A stretch of 34,175 nt of DNA from Kangiellaceae bacterium (GTDB lineage Bacteria; Pseudomonadota; Gammaproteobacteria; Enterobacterales; Kangiellaceae). The translations under genes were made by a program, and so were the position numbers. The number at the start of each line of letters is the position of its first letter. The stretch's first letter is position 1. The stretch lies in assembly GCA_030590405.1 (NCBI GenBank), contig JAUUYO010000001.1:1-34175 (forward strand). Reading direction: 5' to 3'. The notes under the pieces are model-generated. The model was not told the DNA's origin. It made no database searches and saw only the letters and a list, made by a program, of their open reading frames with translations. Below, piece by piece: positions 9,647-17,162 of this stretch.

Positions 9647-10342
9647 ATGATGAATAACATTAATTTGCAACGTCAGATGGTTGAAACTGTCGCTCGTGCT
9701 CTTGGCGATGACTTGTTAGAACAGGTAGTCTTTGTTGGCGGTTGCACAACCGGTTTGTTAGTGACGGATGACTTTACCAAGGAGCAGATCCGCTATACCG
9801 AAGATGTCGACCTGATAGTTCATGTGATTGGCAAAGGTGAATGGTATCAACTGCAACAGAAATTGAGAGACAAGGGATTTAGTGAGGATATGGAGTCTTC
9901 TAACAATGTGATCTGCAGAATGTTGTTAGACGAATTGAAGGTAGACTTTATGCCTGATGACCCAGAGATTTTGAGCTTTAGTAATCGCTGGTATCCCAGA
10001 GTACTGGAAACGGCAAATCTATATCAAATTACCGATGAGCTAACAATTAGATTGATAAGACCCGAATATTTCATCACTACAAAAATTGAGGCATATAAAA
10101 ATTATGGAAATAATGATGTCCTGTCTAGTCACGATATAGAAGACTTGCTTAACCTATTTGATGGACGCGTTGAACTTGTCGATGAAATTAAGGCGGCTAA
10201 TAAAGAAGTACAAATATTTATTAGTGAAGAGCTGGCGAAGTTAGTTTCAGATGATAACTTTGAATATGCAGTGCAGAGCTCCTCAAATAGTGACACAGAT
10301 AGAGAAAATTTAATATTCGAACGATTAGAGTTGTGTATTTAG
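9647..10342 (+). CDS. Pol-beta-superfamily nucleotidyltransferase, AbiEii/MNT-like (231 aa)
   Basis: Minimal NTase signature hGG-x(n)-DhDh: VFVGGCTTGLLVTDD...RYTEDVDLIVHV. Size and two-gene arrangement resemble AbiE-type toxin-antitoxin modules. The family assignment is from motif memory only. Confidence 0.6.
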   Translation: MMNNINLQRQMVETVARALGDDLLEQVVFVGGCTTGLLVTDDFTKEQIRYTEDVDLIVHVIGKGEWYQLQQKLRDKGFSEDMESSNNVICRMLLDELKVDFMPDDPEILSFSNRWYPRVLETANLYQITDELTIRLIRPEYFITTKIEAYKNYGNNDVLSSHDIEDLLNLFDGRVELVDEIKAANKEVQIFISEELAKLVSDDNFEYAVQSSSNSDTDRENLIFERLELCI

Positions 10343-10493
10343 ACCATTGCCTTGGAAAATAAGGTAGTGAATCAGCAAATTAAATAATGGACCAAAGGGA
10401 GCCGTTCATTATCTTACCTCCTTGATTATAGCTTGCACCAAAACACAAGAGCCATTAACCTCAAGCTATCTATTAATTTAATGCTTATATCCT

Positions 10494-11489
10494 ATGTTCC
10501 CATTATCTGTTCTTGACCTGGTCCCCGTAAAAATTGATAAAACACCAACAGAGGCATTAACTGAATCTCTGGAATTAGCGCAACACGCTGATGCACTAGG
10601 CTACTTGCGGTATTGGGTAGCAGAACATCATAATATGGTTGGTATAGCCAGTGCAGCAACTTCTGTTGTTATTGGTTATTTAGCGGCCGGGACTAAAAAC
10701 ATCAGAATTGGAGCGGGCGGCGTCATGCTTCCTAACCATTCGCCTTTAATCATTGCTGAGCAGTTTGGTACTTTAGAGTCACTATATCCTAATAGAATAG
10801 ACCTTGGTTTAGGCAGAGCGCCCGGAACCGATCAATTGACATGGCGAGCTCTTCGTAGAGATCCAAGATCTTCCGAGCAATTTCCACAAGATGTTCAAGA
10901 ACTACAATACTATTTTGCTCCCGTAAAAGAAGGTCAGGCCGTTCAAGCTGTGCCGGGTGGCAACTTAAATGTACCCCTTTGGATGTTAGGTTCCAGTTTA
11001 TTTGGTGCGCAATTGGCGGCTCAACTGGGCTTACCTTATGCCTTTGCTTCACATTTTGCTCCGGCATCCCTTGGTCAAGCTTTTGAACAATACCGCCATC
11101 TATTTAAGCCATCCAGTCAATTGAAAAAACCTTATGCTATGCCATGTATCTCCGTGATTGTGGCAGATACCGACGAGGGGGCTGAACATTTATTCACGAG
11201 TATGCAGCAGCGTTTTTTAGCTATGATTAGAAATCAACGCGGCAAATTATTACCCCCCATTGATGATATTGAAAACTGCTGGAATCCAATGGAAAAAGCA
11301 CAGGTTGAAAGCATGCTAAGTTGTGCTTTTATAGGGAGTCCGACAACCGTGAAAGAGAAACTTCAACACTTTATTAATAGAACTCAAGCCGATGAATTAA
11401 TAGTGAGCGCTGGCATTTTTGATCAAAGCGCCAGATTGTATTCTTACGAATTATTAGCGGACATTGGTAGGCAATTGGTACATGCATAA
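10494..11489 (+). CDS. LLM-class (luciferase-like) flavin-dependent oxidoreductase, YhbW/MsnO8-type (331 aa)
   Basis: Characteristic N-terminus (LSVLDLVPV...[75 protein letters not shown]). Confidence 0.85.
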   Translation: MFPLSVLDLVPVKIDKTPTEALTESLELAQHADALGYLRYWVAEHHNMVGIASAATSVVIGYLAAGTKNIRIGAGGVMLPNHSPLIIAEQFGTLESLYPNRIDLGLGRAPGTDQLTWRALRRDPRSSEQFPQDVQELQYYFAPVKEGQAVQAVPGGNLNVPLWMLGSSLFGAQLAAQLGLPYAFASHFAPASLGQAFEQYRHLFKPSSQLKKPYAMPCISVIVADTDEGAEHLFTSMQQRFLAMIRNQRGKLLPPIDDIENCWNPMEKAQVESMLSCAFIGSPTTVKEKLQHFINRTQADELIVSAGIFDQSARLYSYELLADIGRQLVHA

Positions 11490-11546
11490 AATTCTTAATA
11501 AGGTTAAGTTTTTCCATGGCTACTAAATTATTGCTCATGCTGAAAA

Positions 11547-13502
11547 TTATTTTTTAGTTTTCTTCTTGTTGTACTTTTTCTTTTTGAATGTCTTTCTTTC
11601 ACCTTCGCCTTTTAGAGCTGAAAACTCACCAGAATCCACCAGTGGTATCAATTCATTTAATCGCCCTAACAATCCACTCATAAAATCTTGATAACTCATC
11701 TGGCTCTGACTGATTGCCGATAATTGTGATTCCCATTGCGCGGTCATATCAGGAAGTGTTGCTGTCTCTGGCAAGCTACTAATCAATTTTCGCCCGATTA
11801 GAGTTGATACGATTTGTTTACCCTGACGTTTTAAGTATTGACGATTAAAAAGTAATTCGATAATACCAGCCCGTGTGGCTTCGGTTCCCAGACCATCGGT
11901 TTCTCTTAATATTTTCCTGATTTCTGGTTTTTTCACATAGCGACCAATACCTGTCATTGCTGCGAGTAGTGTCGCATCAGTAAAGTATTTTGGGGGTGTT
12001 GTTTGTTTATCTAAGAGGCTAGCGTCTTCGCACGTTAATACATCGCCTTTACTGAGTGAAGGCAGTGACTTTTGTAATTCAGAGTCCTGTAATTCTAAAT
12101 TTCCATCTGAATTAAGGTTGTTTTTTTTGCTATCTGACTTTTTCTCAAAGAGTTTTTTCCATCCTGGTTCTAATGGTTGTTTGGCTTTGGCGATGAAATG
12201 ACCGCCCGCTATTTCGAGAGTAATTTGTTTTTCTTCAAATTGGTAGGCGGGATAGAATTGGATTAAGTATTGACGGGCAATCAATTCGTAAATATTCGCT
12301 TCAAAAGGGTTAAGTCGAGTGGCATCGAGTTTTCTAGCGGTTGGAATAATCGCATGGTGCGCTTCAATTTTTTTGTCATTCCAGGTTTTGCTGACAAGTG
12401 ACAGATCCGCTTCGGAAACCGACGTGGATAACTTATTGCAAACAAACGAGATAGCCGAGGTTACGGCATTTGCTTGTTTTAGATGTTCAGTCGGTAAAAA
12501 TCGACAATCTGATCGAGGATAAGTAATTAGCTTATGTTTTTCATAAAGGCTCTGACAAGTATCCAACACTTGTTTAGCGCTCATTGTAAATCGTTTCGCC
12601 GCATCTATTTGCAGCGATGATAGATTATAGGGTAAAGGCGCTGGCTGCTGCTTTCGTTTTTGAAGGCAACTTAAAACAGTTGCAGGTTGACCTTTTATAC
12701 GACGTGCAACATTTTCAGCTAAGGAGCGAGACAACACTCGTCCTTCGTCATCTTGATAGGGAAGGCATGTCTCACTCGGTAGCCACTTGGCTTTAAAAGT
12801 TTCATTTTGAGAAGTCGTTAGATGTGCCCAAACCTGATAATAATCCTTACTAATAAAGTTTTCTATTTCTAAATCTCGTGTTACCACCAATCCTAACAAC
12901 GGCGTTTGTACGCGTCCCACCGATAAAACACCGTTGTAACCCGCTTTGGAACCTTGAATAGTACAAAGTCTTGTCATATTCATACCATAAAGCCAATCCG
13001 CCCGTGAACGCGCTAAGGCTGATGTCGACAAAGGAATAAACTCTTTATTACTTCGCAAAGTATTAAGCGCGCGTGTAACTGCAGGTAAGTTTAAATCATT
13101 TATCAAACAGCGCTGCACCGTCTTTTTTTTTCGGGCAGATACTTTGAAATAGTTTATTACTTCATCCACGAGCAATTGCCCTTCTCGATCAGGATCGCCA
13201 ACATGAACGATTTGTGTCGACTCTTTAACTAATTTACGTAAAACAGTTAATTGCTTGCGGGTTTGAGTTTTAGGAATTAGTTTCCAAACATCCGGGGTAA
13301 TCGGTAAGTGTTCAAGCCGCCACTTCTTATAAGCGTCATCGTAAGCATCTGGTTCGGCTTGTTCAAGCAAGTGACCAATACACCAACTCACTACATCACC
13401 ATTAGCTAAGTGAATACAACCATCTTGCTTTTTGTGAGGTTTCGGTAGTGCCTCAGCAAGCGCACGACCAAGGCTAGGTTTTTCGGCGATGTAGAGAATC
13501 AT
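11547..13502 (-). CDS. topB: DNA topoisomerase III (651 aa)
   Basis: TOPRIM N-terminus (MILYIAEKPSLGRALAEAL...GHLLEQAEPD), DPDREGQ motif, the active-site region ITYPRSDCRFLP, and a Lys-rich C-terminal tail. Confidence 0.93.
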   Translation of the reverse strand: MILYIAEKPSLGRALAEALPKPHKKQDGCIHLANGDVVSWCIGHLLEQAEPDAYDDAYKKWRLEHLPITPDVWKLIPKTQTRKQLTVLRKLVKESTQIVHVGDPDREGQLLVDEVINYFKVSARKKKTVQRCLINDLNLPAVTRALNTLRSNKEFIPLSTSALARSRADWLYGMNMTRLCTIQGSKAGYNGVLSVGRVQTPLLGLVVTRDLEIENFISKDYYQVWAHLTTSQNETFKAKWLPSETCLPYQDDEGRVLSRSLAENVARRIKGQPATVLSCLQKRKQQPAPLPYNLSSLQIDAAKRFTMSAKQVLDTCQSLYEKHKLITYPRSDCRFLPTEHLKQANAVTSAISFVCNKLSTSVSEADLSLVSKTWNDKKIEAHHAIIPTARKLDATRLNPFEANIYELIARQYLIQFYPAYQFEEKQITLEIAGGHFIAKAKQPLEPGWKKLFEKKSDSKKNNLNSDGNLELQDSELQKSLPSLSKGDVLTCEDASLLDKQTTPPKYFTDATLLAAMTGIGRYVKKPEIRKILRETDGLGTEATRAGIIELLFNRQYLKRQGKQIVSTLIGRKLISSLPETATLPDMTAQWESQLSAISQSQMSYQDFMSGLLGRLNELIPLVDSGEFSALKGEGERKTFKKKKYNKKKTKK

Positions 13503-13854
13503 TAGGGAGAATAGTTACCTGTTGTAGTTATTGTGGTCATAAAATAAACACTACTTATGCAAGTAGCTTATGTTAACAGTGATCCTTTATGAAATACAGG
13601 TTAATTTATGTTTTTTGAAGCAAATACTAAAGAGAAACCATGGGGGTCACCCATTAGATTTTTTAACTGATTCAAAAGTTAATGAAATACGATGTGTGAT
13701 TAATCGAAATTGGGTGTTAAGGGATGATGTATTTAAGTTAATGCTCGAGAAAGAAAGTGGGATGGATATCATCTTGAATAATCGGGGAGGTTTTCGGTCG
13801 GCTGAGTAAGTGATCTGATCCTCTTAGTTCGACCCTCTTGGTTCTCTTGGTTGA

Positions 13855-13891
13855 AAAATAGTCATGAGGAAAGTGTCGTCATGACTATTTT
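13855..13891. terminator. Strong hairpin, likely bidirectional Rho-independent terminator
   Basis: Perfect 13-bp stem AAAATAGTCATGA (13855-13867) / TCATGACTATTTT (13879-13891) with an 11-nt loop. The arms themselves carry A/T runs, which gives a U-tract in both orientations. Sits 11 nt downstream of the minus-strand OMP-relic stop. Confidence 0.6.
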
Positions 13892-13901
13892 AATTTAAAA
13901 C

Positions 13902-14132
13902 CTATGGACGATAAACGACATTGAATTGAAGTGAATCGATAGTATCGCGAACGACATACTCTAAGCGAAGATCAAATTCCTTATTGACTTTGTAACCAAT
14001 ACCACCACCAATCATTAGGCCATCATCATCACCTAAATCTAAACCAAGGCGAGCGACTAACAACAGGCAGGCTAAACATGTATGCAATTGTTGGGGGCAG
14101 GTCCTGACGGAACCCCACGAATAAATATTCAA
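13902..14132 (-). pseudogene. Relic of an outer-membrane beta-barrel protein gene (C-terminal strands only)
   Basis: Only the last about 45 codons (LGLDLGDDDGLMIGGGIGYKVNKEFDLRLEYVVRDTIDSLQFNVVYRP) look like alternating-hydrophobic OMP beta-strands with a terminal aromatic-rich strand. The N-terminal about 30 codons are nonsense-like. There is no signal peptide and no upstream barrel. Confidence 0.4.
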
Positions 14133-14258
14133 TATTAAAAATCAAGGGGGCAGATCAACTTGCAGTTAAAGCAAGTGTTGATACAAAAACTATCGTTGTT
14201 AATTTACGATAAAAACCTGATTAATATTAAAGAATTATAAGTCTAATGATCATAAATT

Positions 14259-15347
14259 TTATTTGTTATAAGAAATACGGTAAATGGCATTGGCATAATC
14301 ATCAGAGACTAACAGGCTGCCATCCTTTAATTCCACGATAGCAACAGGTCTGCCATAGGTTATTTCATTTTGCATAAACCCGGTCATAAAGGGTTCGTAT
14401 TTAATTATTTCAGAGCCTTTTAACGTCACCAAGCCGATTTTATATCCCGATTTTTTACTACGATTCCATGAACCATGTTCAGCAATAAAAAGTTGTTTTT
14501 TGTAGGATGCTGGAAACATTGTTCCCTGATAAAAATGTAGTCCAAGATTGGCAACATGTGCGCCAGTCTTTAAAACAGGAGCTACATAATCTTGTTCTTT
14601 TTTATTTTTAGCAAATGTAGGATCTTTGATGTTACCAGCATGATAAAAAGGAAAGCCATAATGTGAACCAATTTTGGTCACTCGATTTAATTCATCTGAT
14701 GGAATATCATCTCCCATCATGTCTCGGCCATTATCAGTAAACCAAAGTTCTCCAGTGTCTGGATGAAAATCAAATCCGACTGAATTACGAACGCCTTCTG
14801 CCATGACAGTAAGCGCTTTTGTTTTCATGTTGAGTGAAAATATTCTTGCATGCATATCCGTTTTTATTTCACACACGTTACAAGGAGCGCCGATAGGGAA
14901 AATAAGCTCACCTGTCGGGGAAAATCGCAAAAATTTCCATCCGTGGTGGCTCTCTTTGGGAAGTCCAGATAAAAACACCTCGGATATTGGCTTATCCAGA
15001 TTTTTATCAATGTTGGAGAACTTTAAAATACGACTCACTTCTGCTACATAGAGATCGCCATCTTTCCAGGCAATGCCAGACGGCATTTCTAATCCTTTAG
15101 CAACGAGCCAACGTTTATCAGATTTGCCGTCTCCATTTTCATCGAGCAGTGCATAAATATTGCCCGCTTTTCTTGAACCCACATAAACAATGCCTGAGTC
15201 TGATAGTGCCAATTGTCGAGCATTTTTAACATTCTTAGCAAAATAATCTACTTTGAATCCAGCTGGGAGCTTGAGTTGGTTAAGTTTAACTTCTGCTTGC
15301 ACATGATTTGTCAAAAATACCATTGCAATAATTAAGATTATTTTCAT
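14259..15347 (-). CDS. PQQ-dependent sugar / sorbosone dehydrogenase family protein, secreted
   Basis: Beta-propeller dehydrogenase-like sequence (FTDNGRDMMGDDIPSDELN, HYGFPFYH, AEHGSWNRS). I prefer the ATG at 15347, which gives the signal peptide MKIILIIAMVFLTNHVQA/EV, over the track's TTG at 15392. Confidence 0.78.
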   Translation of the reverse strand: MKIILIIAMVFLTNHVQAEVKLNQLKLPAGFKVDYFAKNVKNARQLALSDSGIVYVGSRKAGNIYALLDENGDGKSDKRWLVAKGLEMPSGIAWKDGDLYVAEVSRILKFSNIDKNLDKPISEVFLSGLPKESHHGWKFLRFSPTGELIFPIGAPCNVCEIKTDMHARIFSLNMKTKALTVMAEGVRNSVGFDFHPDTGELWFTDNGRDMMGDDIPSDELNRVTKIGSHYGFPFYHAGNIKDPTFAKNKKEQDYVAPVLKTGAHVANLGLHFYQGTMFPASYKKQLFIAEHGSWNRSKKSGYKIGLVTLKGSEIIKYEPFMTGFMQNEITYGRPVAIVELKDGSLLVSDDYANAIYRISYNK

Positions 15348-15482
15348 ATCGATTCTCAAATATTGATGAAATGAATCATTTGACCCTAACAAATATCCAC
15401 CTTTCTAGCAATGATGGTTTTTTTATTAATATTAAGGATATGTTACAGTTGTTCTAAATAATAAACAGATAGGCACTTATCT

Positions 15483-16637
15483 ATGCGTTTAACAAAACTA
15501 ATTTTTAGCATGTCTTTATTTTTACTAATAAACCAGGCTGCTGCAAATGATTATTTTCCTGAAAAAGGGCATTGGGAATCTAAATCAACAAAAAAACTCG
15601 GTTTTAACAAGACAAAGTTACAAAAAGCCGTACAGTTTGCTCAGGATAATGAATATTCGGGTTCGCGCGATTTAAGAATTGCTATTTTAAAAGGATTTAA
15701 GGCGGAGCCATTTCATCAGATCCTGGGGCCTACCAAAAAACGTGGAGGCCCTGCGGGTTTAATTATAAAAGATGGTTATATCGCTGCACAATGGGGTGAT
15801 GTTGAGCGTGTCGATATGACTTTCAGCGTAACAAAAAGTTATTTATCCACATTAGCGGGATTGGCTATCGATGAAAAATTGATTAAAAATACCCAAGATA
15901 AACTCGTTGATTATGTTTGGGATGGTACTTTTCAAGGTAAACATAATAATAAGGTGAGTTGGCATACTTTGCTAAATCAATCATCTGACTGGTCTGGAGA
16001 GCTTTTTGGAATTAAAGATTGGGCTGATCGCCCGCCAAAAAACGGTGGGTTGGATGAATGGAAACAACGTCAATTTAATGAGCCAGGCACTAAAATGGAA
16101 TATAACGATGTTCGGGTGAATGTACTGGCATATTCTTTACTCAATGTTTGGAGAAAACCTCTACCACAAATTCTTAAGCAGAAAATAATGGATCCTATAG
16201 GTGCATCAACAACCTGGCGCTGGTTTGGATATAAGGATGCCTGGACAACGATTGACGGATTGAAAATGAAATCAGTAACTGGAGGAGGGCACTCCGGTGG
16301 TGGCGTATTTGTATCGACATTAGATCAGGCTCGTTTTGGTCTGTTATTTTTAAATGAAGGTAAATGGAACGATAAACAATTAATCTCAAACACCTGGGTT
16401 GAGCAAGTTCAAAAACCTTCTGAGGGTAACTCAAGTTATGGTTATATGTGGTGGTTAAACCAGGGGAAGCGCAAGTGGAAGCAGGTTAATGATGAATCTA
16501 TTTATTATGCGGCAGGGTTTGGTGGAAACTATATTGTGGTTGATAAAACGCATAATTTATTAGTAATAACGCGTTGGCTTGAACCAAATAAAATGGGTGA
16601 GATGATGAGTTTTGTTTTAAAAAGCCTTGAAAATTAA
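15483..16637 (+). CDS. Serine hydrolase of the beta-lactamase (class C-like) fold, secreted (384 aa)
   Basis: Signal peptide (MRLTKLIFSMSLFLLINQAAA), SxxK nucleophile motif (SVTKS), YxN (YND) and an HxG box (GHSGG) in the canonical order. Confidence 0.78.
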   Translation: MRLTKLIFSMSLFLLINQAAANDYFPEKGHWESKSTKKLGFNKTKLQKAVQFAQDNEYSGSRDLRIAILKGFKAEPFHQILGPTKKRGGPAGLIIKDGYIAAQWGDVERVDMTFSVTKSYLSTLAGLAIDEKLIKNTQDKLVDYVWDGTFQGKHNNKVSWHTLLNQSSDWSGELFGIKDWADRPPKNGGLDEWKQRQFNEPGTKMEYNDVRVNVLAYSLLNVWRKPLPQILKQKIMDPIGASTTWRWFGYKDAWTTIDGLKMKSVTGGGHSGGGVFVSTLDQARFGLLFLNEGKWNDKQLISNTWVEQVQKPSEGNSSYGYMWWLNQGKRKWKQVNDESIYYAAGFGGNYIVVDKTHNLLVITRWLEPNKMGEMMSFVLKSLEN

Positions 16638-17162
16638 ACAGCTACTCTGTGGCATGTATTTGGTTAGGTCATAGTCAAGGGGGCGTTATTATAGCAGAAG
16701 GAGTGCGTTATCTTCTTAAGAAAGCAGCTGGAGTTTCAATAAGCTAAGCTTTAATGGTGCTAATAGCAGTCAAAAAGGCAAGCTTTTGGATAAGCGTATT
16801 CTGTCCCATTGTGAACAAGAACCGTTGATTTATGTTTTTTAGAGAAAAAGCAAACTTTAATCTTCTTTTGGCAACCTTTTCACCAACTACTACGCATCGT
16901 CCAATAGTTGGCTCAGTAATATTGAGCGAAATGTCAGAATGTTTTTTTCTCCTTTATTGAGAGAGACTATTATGAGCCAAAAAGCTTTGAGTATAATCAA
17001 AAAGCGATAGCTGTATAGGTTAAGTGAAACGCCCAATGCGGTCCCGCGTACAGGATCGTGGCAGCTGGAGGGAGGAATTCATCTATTGCCTTGGTTTTCG
17101 GGCAATCCATCTAAAACATGACTATACTCATGCAAAGACCACAAAAGAATCCTACGACGTAA

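Noticed and set aside
1295-12522. Numerous 60-115-aa ORFs nested in or antisense to rnfC, rnfB, metG, apbC, the transposase, the LLM oxidoreductase and topB (e.g. 1295-1495, 1943-2161, 5214-5468, 5625-5918, 5842-6135, 6950-7284, 8465-9085, 10789-11067, 12319-12522)
   Set aside because: All overlap long ORFs with clear family motifs and none shows recognisable motifs of its own. They are shadow ORFs.
13570-13809. 79-aa plus-strand ORF upstream of topB
   Set aside because: No recognisable motif, no SD, and it lies in a region that otherwise looks like decayed sequence. It may be spurious, so it is left unannotated, although its ATG sits 3 nt after the shared dyad motif.
14259-15392. Track's TTG-extended start for the PQQ-type dehydrogenase (15392), and similarly TTG 25768 and TTG 6312 for the lipoprotein and apbC
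   Set aside because: In-frame ATGs slightly downstream (15347, 25786, 6330) give canonical signal-peptide, lipoprotein or family-typical N-termini. The extended versions add non-homologous residues.
16638-17162. c-di-GMP (GEMM) riboswitch upstream of the GGDEF-EAL gene
   Set aside because: I could not find the conserved GEMM-I/II sequence blocks by eye. Only generic short hairpins are present. An Infernal scan is needed for a definitive answer.
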